A stretch of 63,690 bases of DNA, filler included, from Intoshia linei (Eukaryota > Animalia > Orthonectida): NCBI GenBank assembly GCA_001642005.1. It is 4 parts of 4 records of this genome, joined end to end, with 100 filler letters (N's around TTAATTAATTAA, not from the genome) between each part and the next. Parts side by side here need not be neighbours in the genome. Positions count along the whole stretch, not along the records: positions 53,403 to 61,389 come from LWCA01001499.1; positions 61,490 to 63,690 come from LWCA01002372.1; 2 more parts are not named here. One strand, given 5' to 3'. The position numbers and the translations under genes were made by a program. The first letter of the stretch is position 1, and every line of letters begins with the position of its first letter. The notes under the pieces were generated by a model. That model did not search any database. It was not told the origin of the DNA and saw nothing but the letters and a program-made list of their open reading frames with translations. Below, piece by piece: positions 53,303 to 63,690 of the stretch.

Positions 53303-54109
53303 NNNNNNNNNNNNNNNNNNNNNNNNNNNNNNNNNNNNNNNNNNNNTTAATTAATTAANNNNNNNNNNNNNNNNNNNNNNNNNNNNNNNNNNNNNNNNNN
53401 NNTAAAAGTTATTTTAACAAAAAATATCTAATAAATTTTGGTATATTATGGAATCTTTGTATTGACCATATTAATTGCAAACATGACTTCATTCAATGCA
53501 AAAATGACTTTATTGCTGCAAACATGACTAACAAGATCGTGAATGTTTTGTATTTGAATGAATTTATTATATTGTAAATATTGAGAATTCGAGAAATTAA
53601 ATCGTTAATAAAATCCAAAAAAATTGAGCTAAAAACAAATTTAAAAAAATAAACTGTATAACTAAACATGGAGAACAAGTATTATAAAGGTGGTACCACG
53701 TTTAGAAGCTCAAACACCGATTTCCGTTAAAATAAAGTTCAGTTTTAATTTCTTCATAATATTTATACAGATATATTTAAAATGACAAATGCAACTCGAA
53801 TAGATAGCGTTAAATATTTTCGATTACGAATTAGTTTTGCTATTTTAAAAATACACACTTTTAGTGCTAATTGCCCATCGAATTCTAAAATTTTTCAATA
53901 ATTGTGACACCCTAATATACATATTGCAAATATAGCAAAATTTATTAGCAAATTCATAACATTCCATTTCAAATATAAATGCAAAAAACAAGTGAGATTG
54001 ACAACAATTAATTTAATTTTAATTTATTTACTAATTTAATTTATTTATTTGTTAATAAATTTTACACGTTGTTTCATAACACCAATTTTAAAATTGTTTA
54101 CCCTATAAC

Positions 54110-54604
54110 TAGTATGTCCAGAAGTACTTATTTTAATAAAAGTACTTATTTTTGACATTTAAAAATAAGTACTAAATAAGTACTCATAAATACCATAGAT
54201 AATTTTAGTCAATATTTAACTTGTAATTTTTCACTTTCTTAATTAAGTGAAGTTTTAATAAATTTATATTTTATAAAAACACACTTTACATCGTTTAATT
54301 TGGATCACTTCAAATTTATTAATTAATAAAAATTAATTATTTTTTAATTATGCCAAAAAAGATTTAATTGTAAAGAGAGTTTATTGATTTTTACAAACAT
54401 TGGGAAAATCATAGTGAATTATGTAAAAAAATAATTTGCAATGATAAATAATAAAAAAATAACATTTACATTTCATATTTTAAATTGTTAATTTTTTTCA
54501 AATTTCAAATTGTTAGAACTTTCAATTTAAATTTTATTGTTCTTTTTGTTTTTAAGATATTTCGAAAAGTACTTATTTAGTACTTATAAAATCTGGACAC
54601 TCTA
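54110..54604. mobile_element. hAT-like MITE
   Basis: TAGTATGTCCAGA / TCTGGACACTCTA TIRs with subterminal AAGTACTTA repeats at both ends. Confidence 0.65.
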
Positions 54605-54611
54605 CTATAGT

Positions 54612-55304
54612 CAGAGTTGCCAGATTAAAAAGTTCATATTGCGCAAAATAGTGCGTTGGAAAACTTTATTAAAACATTAAAAACTCCAAATTGATTTACT
54701 AGAAATAATCATTTACATTGTAAATATAAAATTGTTAGTTTTAAATATATTTTTTAAATTCAAAATTAAGTATTTATTTCATTTGGGATAAATAATTTAA
54801 AAATGTACAATTTTATTTAACTTTCCCGAAAGACAGATATACAGAAAAATACATGCTCGGAGAAGCCTATGAGTCAATAGTGAATAAAATAAGTGGGTTT
54901 TGATGAATAGTTTCCTTAATATCTAAACAATTCAAATATCCGAAATTATTTGATAAAAATAACAAGTATTCGGTTCATTATAACTGTTGAAATGCAAACA
55001 TAAAATAGACGGACACAGATTATTTTAATATTTATTGAGTTTTTTAGTAATATTAATAATAAAATAAAATAAATAAAAGAGTAAATAATAAACAATTAAA
55101 TAAGAGAGTAAAGAAGTAAATATAAAAAGAAAACAATTGTGAACGAGTGATAATTAAAATATTACAACAAAAAACTAAACTTTTTATTTTAAAAATATAA
55201 TTGAACTATAAAATTGATATTTGATTGATATTTACTAAGAAGTGCGTTGGAAAATGTACATAAACAATGGAAATGTACGATGAACGCACTTTCTGGCAAC
55301 TCTG
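54612..55304. mobile_element. hAT-like non-autonomous element
   Basis: Perfect 13-bp TIR CAGAGTTGCCAGA / TCTGGCAACTCTG; flanks ACTATAGT / CCTATAGC. Confidence 0.75.
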
Positions 55305-56102
55305 CCTATAGCTCCTATATTTGACTTAGAAATAAACTGATTAATATTCAAGTTCATTAAAATGTATTTAAAACGTAAATAACTGAATTTCTTAATGACA
55401 AACTCAAATTTTCATAGGTAAAATAATTTTTTGGTAATTATAAATTTTAAAATTTTTATATTTGACCAATATTACAAAAACCCCTTTTTATGGAAGAAAC
55501 GCCCTGTGAGGTTAAATATTTCATTTTTTTACTCCAAAATTGGTATATGTCTTAGTAGGTTGTACATTAATCGTATCCATGTTTAAAATAAAATCATTGG
55601 CGTCAATTAAGAAAAAGGGGAAAAAGAGCGCGAAAACCTTAAAAACGAAAACAGCTTAATGTCTTTACGGTAAATTTTTCTAAAGATATATTTTTTAAAA
55701 GGTTTTTAAGTACCCTCTTCAACGTAGTATAGGGTATTTTCAACTAAAATCTACTAATACTACTCTAATTTATAAATTTTATTTTAATACAAAACTAATA
55801 CCTTTTTTTTAAATAAAAACATCGGATACTCGAAAAATATATAATAAAGTGTCACATTTTTTAAATGTTAATTTTAGGCCCTAAATAACATTTAGTAACA
55901 ATTATAATTGTTAACCCTTTAGCGTAACGCATAACGTATTGTAGATCTTTTTAGTCGATTTTTTTAGATTCAAAAACGACATGGTACGAATCATAACATA
56001 CAGAAGCATTAAAAGATTCATTATAAATATATGCAAAATAAATTTATATACAGTTTTACAATATAATTAAACCCAGACTTTACATACAATTTTATTTATT
56101 AA

Positions 56103-57410
56103 CTAGTCGACTGTTCGGTACTACGTACACAAAACATCTATAGCTCTGCCGAGGGTGCATTTTTATTCTACCAAAAATATATATTAAAAAATAAAATCTA
56201 ACTTAAAAATCCTATTATACACTATATCAATCCTTCAAAAAAGTGGTTCTTAAACTTGTTTCAGGTGAAACCGTCATATCACATTACTTTTTACTCTAAA
56301 GTGAATTATTCTATCTTAATTTTTTTTTGTTAACATTTGCGTAAAAAATTTTAAAAACTGTTATCCCATTTTTTACATTTATTAGACAGAATGTGGGTAT
56401 AACCGGACAAGATTTTTACAGTTTTAAAAAAATTTGTTAAATTTTATTTTTAAATGATAGACCAAATTGAAAAATTATATTCTGAAAAATAGAGAGAAAT
56501 GTGTCTCCTAGTCACCGTAATAATATCATATTAGTATTATTTTATACAAACGAATATTGCATATTTTAAATCATTAAGTGAACTATTTTTGGTAACTAAT
56601 ATTTTTTAAATACATAATTAAAAATAGTGAATCTAATAAAAATAAAAATTTTAATTATGAAATTATCTTTACAAAAAAGACAAAATTTAACCTAATCATA
56701 GGTTTTTTAAAAAATTTCTGGGACATTTTTTACAGTACAATCCACACAAGAAAACGCAAATATAATCCGATGACACAAAAATAATTGATCATCCAGATTT
56801 TTTGTTAAATTAAGTTTTAATAATAAACAAATAGACAAAATTTGAAATGCAACATATATAATAATCATAACGCATGTATACATTGTTTTAACTTTATCAC
56901 GAAATGACAATGAACCTTTGATAGAGTAATATTTTTTTGATTTTATTAGACGTAAGTGTGTTCTTACTTAGTTTTTTTTACTAAGTACTTTTTTGCTTAA
57001 AAAAACTCAGCACAGTACAACTAAGTATTTTTTAAATTTTTAAAACTCCGTAAGTACTTAAGTACTTTAAAATTTACATTACATCAATGTTTTTAATTGT
57101 TAAGACTATGTTTTCAGCAATAAGGTTATGTTTCCAATCGATAGGAGCATAGAAAAAAAACGTTAAAATTTCATAAAAACGCATTTCACATTTTTCGTTT
57201 TAATAAAATATTTCGAAAAAAAATATATGAATACTAAAATGCTTTTTTGACGTTGAAGACGTCACTTATTCGGATTAAAATTTTTTATGTGTTTTGAAAA
57301 AATACAACTATACCACCTGTAAATTGTTTGAAATTCTAGGGCTGTTTTCAAAAAAAAGGAAGGGAAATTTGGTGTTTTGGCCCTGAAAATATAATTTTTT
57401 TAAATTTATA
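56103..57410 (-). mobile_element. Helitron-like fragments (3' end 56103-56400; middle 57180-57410)
   Basis: Reverse complement of the 3' motif ending in CTAG at 56103-56106; family core at about 57300-57320. Confidence 0.65.
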
Positions 57411-59203
57411 ATTATAAAACATTTATAAAATAAAGATTCAATTAATTATTGATACACAATTAGTATTTTTAAGTATTTATTAAATTGGTACTGAATGACA
57501 AAATAGGTTTTTATAAAATTTATGTTATTTATTACAATTTTTAGGATTAAACAGTTTTTAATTTACTTATAATATTACACTAAACAACACTGAAAAATAT
57601 ATTTGCATAATAATAGTACCATCTTGTGGATAATCTAACGCTGATTTCAATTATATATTATATTTATAAGCTATAGTTCATATAACCCATTTATCAAGAC
57701 TTTTAATGTTAAAAAAAATATAAAAGTTTCACTTCAATTCTAAAATTGACTAATTATATCATTCTAATTAATTTTTACATTAAAAAAGGTGAAATTTTTT
57801 GAGATTGAATATTTATTAATTTAAAATGCATGTGTGCGAAATAAACGAATCATATTATTATTGCTTTTTATGATGTATATATTTGCCAAACGCTAAAAAA
57901 TGACTAATAAATGTAAAAATTTGATAATGCAAATATACAGTTTAATATATAAAAATCTACTTTGTAATCCCTCAAATCTATGTCAAACGTTCCATTCGTC
58001 TATAAAAAGATTTAAAAAAAGATTTGTAACACCTATAATATGGAAACACTTAGAAAGTGCGATTGTGTATAAATAATTCCAGCCATTATCATCTCAAAAA
58101 ATAGTTATTTTCATCTATACTGAGAAATCTCCACATCAACCCATTATTACAAAAAAAAATTAATTTTATTAATACATTTTTTTTAAATATCAATAGCTAA
58201 AAATATTGAACTAAACCTTTTCCGTAAATCTGGATTTAGTCCTAAAATTGTGTATTGTTAAAATGGTCATTATAGCTCATATCAAATGTTCATCTTGTTA
58301 AAGTGCTTGTCGTCAGTTAAATTGGTGTACACCTGCAATTAACATTGTTTAAATTTTTGCATAATATAAATTCCATAAAATCCATAATTATTTTTTTTAT
58401 ATTATAAAAATGTGCCCTCGGCAAAGCCAAGTGCTGTTTTTACGTAGTACATAACAGACAAGCTAGTTTCATATAAAATTATCAACATCAAAATAATTAA
58501 GTGTTAGCCACTATCACAATTTTATACCAGTTATTTTATTAGATAAATTATTAAAACAATATTAAACTCTCTCACTAATTAAATAGAAAACTTTAATTAG
58601 CTCTCCCTGACATTAATTATTTTATTAAAATAATAACATTAAAAAAACATTTCGCACCAGTGCGACCGTGGCATAACTATTAAAAAGCGGTAGTCTAAAC
58701 TAACATACAAATGTTTGTGGGTGTAATTTTATTCAAATTTTTGGGATTACATTGACAAGAATTCCACAATTATATTTGATTCATTACTTAAGTCCAGTTA
58801 ATGAAAATTTTAAATATGGTGTATCCACCGAATAAATTAAAACTATAAACTAGCTTTTATATTATTTTAATTATAAAAACTAATTTTCCAGTAGTTAAAT
58901 TTAGTTCAGCGCAAAGGTTGAGAAACACTGCCCTAATTTATAGACTTTGTTTTTATCAAAAATATTTAAATTTAAAAAAATATACCTTCAAAGCCAAAAC
59001 TTAAAATTATCAAATTTATATTACAAAATGAACTAATATTTACGTAAATAAATAAAAAAAATTTGAAAATTTATAATTAAATAAGTTTCTTATGCATTAT
59101 GCAGTGTTGTCAAAAATTTGTATTTTTAAAACTTTGAATACTAAATTTGTTAGATAAATTAAAATAAAATGACATACAATTACTAACATAACATGACTAA
59201 CAA

Positions 59204-60547
59204 TCCTAACTTATATAATATGCTACGCGATTTTTGTTTATGTGTCTGTGTCCTACTTTATTGTACTATATTTTATAAATTTCAACCTCCCAATTTCACA
59301 TTTTAAGAATGAAAAACCCCTGTTGTCCCTCTTTTTAAAAAGCATACGAGTTGAAGAATTTAAAAAATATATACGCTGATGCGGATTTTAAAATCAAAAA
59401 CATTATCATAAATTTAAATTTAAAAAAATTATACCTTTATAGCCAAAACTACAAAATTCATTTTCTTTTTTGAAAAAAGTCCCAAAATTTCAAAAAATGT
59501 ACAGGTGGTAAAGTTGTATCATGTTAACACGCATAAAAAATTTCAATTGGAATAAGTGACGACTTCACGGTCAAAAAAGCATTTTGATATTCATATATTT
59601 TTTTTCCGAAATATTTTATTATAACAAAAAATTTAAAATAATTAACAGTCCAAATTAAAAAAAAGATTATTCTGATATAGCTTATTTTAGTTAATACAAA
59701 ATTTCAACCCCAGAAATCTACGCATTCCCGGTGAAATATAATTTTTAATATATTATCAACCAATATTTTTCAAATATTTCGATCAAAATCAAAAATGTAA
59801 ATATTGATCCTACAATTTCAAAAAAATTTGTATTGTACATTGCTACATATTTCCAATAAAGACATTTGTGAAAATCTATATAATTCACTCCTTCGCAATT
59901 TTTAAATTTTCATTTTCCAAACATTTTTTATCATCTTCAAATTTTAACACTACAGCAACTAATTTATAAAATTAAATTTATATTAACTAAAACTTTATTT
60001 TTTTATTGATAATTGTTACATATGTAACATAAAATCGTAAAAAGAAAAGTAACATTCACAAGAAAAAAAGCCAAAAGTATAGACAAATTTTTAACATCAA
60101 TCATTTTTATATTACAATCTTTTGACATAATACTAAAATTCGACTGAAGATTGAATTAATTATTTATACACAATTGGTATTTTTAAGTATTTATTAAATT
60201 AATACTGAATATATGTCATCAGTGATGTCATCACATTGAAAATGACAAAATGTTTTTATAATTTTATTTTTTTGGAATTTATGCTATTTATGACAATTTT
60301 TAGAATTTAATTGTTTTTACTTTATTTTTGATATTATACACAAATTCTGTCTAAAATAAATTAAAAAAATGGAATAACAATTGTTTTTAAATTCTTTACG
60401 CAAATGTTAACAAAACAAAACAGTGATAATAGTTAATAGTAGAATTTTTAAGTTAGATTTTCAACGTGAATTTATTTTTTGATATAATAAGAGTGCCCTC
60501 GGCAAAGCTAGGTGCTGTTTGTACGTAGTACAAAACTGCCAAGCTAT
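59204..60547 (+). mobile_element. Helitron-like family, near full-length copy
   Basis: A|TCCTAACTTATATAATATGCTACGC 5' end, family core at about 59500, 3' motif GTGCCCTCGGCAAAGCTAGGTGCTGTTTGTACGTAGTAC at about 60493-60547. Confidence 0.75.
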
Positions 60548-61659
60548 TACGTTATAATATACAATCTAATAAAATTTTGATCGAATTACGTTTTATAATC
60601 TTTTAGATTCGAAAATTATTATAAAAATTAATTAATAATGATATGAAAAGATTAGAAAACAAAATAATCAATTTACATTTAAAAAAAAACACGTATTTTA
60701 TAAATGGCTGTATAATTATGGAGCACCAAATAAATAAGATTAAACATTAAAATAATAGTATTACAGGAAAATTTATTTCCATAAGCACAAGAATAATGCT
60801 TTTAAAAGTAACTAATGAATTTTGCATCAATTTAATAATTTACTAAAAATTAAAATAAAGTTACAGGAACTTAATAGTGCTTATAGAAAATAAAGTTGTA
60901 TTTACATCATTGTATTTTATTAGTCAAAATATGAATGAATTTGTTTATTCCGACTCAAAAATAATTTATATATATTGGACAAATAAGTGCATATATAAAT
61001 TTAGAATTTATAAGTAAATTGGATAAAAAAATATTCTATGGTGTGAACACCATTAATTTTTTAATAAAATGGTTTGTAGGTAAAAAATTAATCTTAATAT
61101 TTCAGTTTTAACTTGGGTCTGTTGTCTAAATAAATAATTTAATTAATTAATAAAATAATGAATGCGTTTAAGAAATTTTATTAAACTAAGCTTTATTTAC
61201 TAAAATTTGCTCTATAGACAATTAATCCAGTTTTAGTTTATAATCGTAATATGCTATTTTTTTAATGGTGAATAATATTGTCGCGTTTTATAAATATTGA
61301 ACGGCGTATGAATACTTTGGTGATAAAATAATAAAAAGAGACAAATAGCAGACTACGAAATAAATTACAAATAGATTAATTCCAATAAANNNNNNNNNNN
61401 NNNNNNNNNNNNNNNNNNNNNNNNNNNNNNNNNTTAATTAATTAANNNNNNNNNNNNNNNNNNNNNNNNNNNNNNNNNNNNNNNNNNNNAGAAATTTAAA
61501 GGCAATGTGTTTAAGTAAAATTTAATGGTTATGAAGTATAATACATTTACATTATATGATGGAGGATTGAAAGAAATAGTTATTTATTTATTCATTGCAG
61601 TCACCTATACTTAATTTGGTGTTAAAATTATGAAACATATTTAATTTAATTAAATTTAA

Positions 61660-62020
61660 TTTAAACGTTGGAAGTTGATGAAATTCGCCGATTGGTTCAA
61701 TCCTTTCCGTCAAGTTTAGCTGAAGTTGTAGAAAATAAAGGTGGGAATCTACATAATTATTATTAATTCAAAAAATTATATTTAGAAATTGTTTTTTTTT
61801 GCATTTATATACACATTTCACATAGTTATGACGAATTTTTTTAGTCATGAAAATTTTAATTGCTAATTATTTTATTAATTGATAGATTATTTTTTATAAA
61901 TTTTTGCATAGAACATTTATGACATCAAGACATTCATATATTGTAACTTATATGGCAACTCAAAAATACCATTATTTGAATAAATTTATTTTTTTCACAT
62001 AGTTTTGGGGATGAGTTTAC
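61660..62020 (+). mobile_element. Tc1-family remnant (transposase C-terminus and 3' end)
   Basis: EIRRLVQSFPSSLAEVVENKGG matches the Tc1 C-terminal pattern LV.SMP.RL..VI..KGG. Confidence 0.6.
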
Positions 62021-62026
62021 AATTAA

Positions 62027-62513
62027 TATCTAATTATTATAGTAATAGACAATGCTCCGTGTCATTCACACATTGAAGATATCTTGTCTGAACAAGAATT
62101 TTTGGAGCATTATATATTACGGTATATAAATAATTGAATGCTATATAATATTTTTTAAGATTGGCCCCCTACAGCCCAATGCTGAACCCAATAGAAAAGG
62201 TGTGGTCAGTGATTAAGTCTGAAGTAAAACGACAGTTATCAAGTAATATTAGGTTTCATGTAATAATTATATATTCATATTAGTCAGAATGCCACAAATC
62301 TTAGTCGCTGACAGGGAAAATATGAGTATCATGAATTTTAGGTATATTATGAAAATATATTGAAATAGCTTAATTATTAACAGACTCCAAACATTGGAAA
62401 GGTTGATAACTGAATCTATTGACTACATAATCATACAGTTATGCATTAAATATATATCTGGCATTCAATCTAAATATATTGATGCAATAAACAAGATTGA
62501 TATGCAATTTTGA
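62027..62513 (+). mobile_element. IS630-Tc1-mariner (D35E) transposase, C-terminal half, with three spliceosomal mini-introns; 5'-truncated
   Basis: Removing GT-AG introns 62122-62159, 62243-62283 and 62342-62383 gives the open frame IVIDNAPCH...LRLAPYSPMLNPIEKVWSVIKSEVK...DMQF*. Confidence 0.85.
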
Positions 62514-63199
62514 GGTAATTTTAGTTAATTAATAATTTCAAATAATTTTTAGGGTGAATCAATTTATCTAAATCAAGCAATCATATTTTTGTAAATTAAA
62601 TAATCATAACTAATATAAAACAACTTTTGTTAAAAATGGATATAACATTTAAACAAAATTATTTGAAAAAGAATTTGAAACGTTTATTAAGAAATAGTTA
62701 GAAAAAAGGGATTTTTAGAAATGACTCAATACTGACGTAAAAAATGGAAATTTTCGCCCATATAATACTGATTGTAATTTTAATTAGTTGTAGCGAAGTT
62801 TCTGTTTATATTTACGTAAGGGTTTTGGAATAAACCCACATTATCACATTGAAAGTAATTGTTATCACATTGACAATCTTTATTCCGTTTTGAATTTAGC
62901 TATTATCACATCGGTTGTAATTATTATTATATCGATAGTGAAATGGTATAGTAATGTAAAAATTATCAAATTCTTTTTAAAGTTATTTCCAAAATAACCT
63001 TTGTTCAGTTTATTTTTTCTGATTAATGAAATTTATATTATTATTTATCAGTGGCGACTCTGAGGTCAAAACGTTACTCGTGCTCAACACAGTACCATAG
63101 AAACGAAACATATATAAACTTAATATCACTACAATTAATTAACTTTAAATTAAATTTTATTATCTATAACTATTATTTATACATATATTCTAATGAACG

Positions 63200-63690
63200 T
63201 GGTTTAATGGCAAACTCATCAAGCATCCAAGAATATAGTTCTCCATTAATCTTTATTTCTTTTAACAATTTTTTTTCAATAGATATTCTGGCCATACTGA
63301 AGAGTCTATTTTGCACCATTGTACTTTGATTTGCACTTGAATTGTGCTTGAAACAACCGTAAATATGATCTATCTTTGGTTAATAATATAGATTCAAATC
63401 AACTATTTATTTTACCAAAGCATTTTAACAGTTCTCTATAATTTCCTTGATTAATGCTATTTATACCTTCATCGTGACCACGTAATGGCATTTCTTGTTT
63501 GCAAAGATATAATACAGCATTGGTTAAATGTTTCAGGTACTGCCTATGTTTTTTAACATTTACGTTATGTTTGTAGTTTTTTTAATTTGGCCGTTGTATT
63601 AAGAGCAGATTCAATATCTATATTTCTAAATATTTGAAGGCATTTGTAATTATGTAGATGAGATTGTGATTTACTGTGCCACTTACTATC
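63200..63690 (-). pseudogene. Degenerate hAT (ZMYM1/THAP12-like) transposase fragment, continuing beyond the window
   Basis: Minus strand NAVLYLCKQEMPLRGHDEGINSINQGNYRELLK (RGHDE..N.GN..ELL motif), with stops and frameshifts nearby. Confidence 0.8.

Noticed and set aside
53493-53678. Hydrophobic minus-strand ORF as a candidate RyR transmembrane exon
   Set aside because: Largely overlaps an interspersed repeat whose inverted copy lies at 24487-24815; no RyR motif.
60020-60132. LSILLAFFLVNVTFLF as the RyR S1 exon
   Set aside because: Only loose similarity, and no phase-0 donor that would complete S1 and join the 51375 exon.
58-63329. Many 60-90 aa F/I/K/N-rich ORFs in the ORF track (e.g. 58-267, 1778-1972, 5730-5927, 21054-21245, 26163-26387, 41419-41628, 43332-43598, 46270-46458)
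   Set aside because: They lie in repeats or introns, or antisense to real exons; the similarity among some simply reflects the Helitron family.

Overview
Very AT-rich eukaryotic (animal) genomic DNA, standard genetic code. Intron sizes fall into two classes: many GT-AG introns of about 35-45 nt, and kb-sized introns filled with transposon debris. This style is consistent with a genome-reduced invertebrate parasite such as the orthonectid Intoshia, but that is inference only. The left 35 kb holds a compact gene run: 3' part of mitochondrial ribosomal protein L11 (+), G-protein gamma (+), RPL6 (+), FTSJ3/SPB1 (+), a divergent 14-3-3 (+), EFHD/swiprosin (-), SEH1 (-), presenilin (+) and MO25/CAB39 (+). 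The channel-domain end of a ryanodine receptor (-) runs from 34528 to at least 51375. Its large introns and the sequence beyond carry a non-autonomous Helitron family, hAT, piggyBac, MULE and Tc1/mariner elements, and three scaffold gaps. The most unusual structure is at about 46790-47860, antisense inside a RyR intron: near-identical intron-like repeat units each frame a different short AG...GT-bounded segment (54, 31, 21, 66, 21, 21, 26 nt). It looks like a micro-exon gene with conserved introns and hypervariable exons, and it lies between the 5' and 3' ends of a Helitron. Also notable are an IS630-Tc1-mariner (D35E) transposase fragment with three host-type mini-introns and a 21-nt RyR micro-exon in the S4-S5 gating linker. 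All gene models were spliced by eye and no database searches were run.
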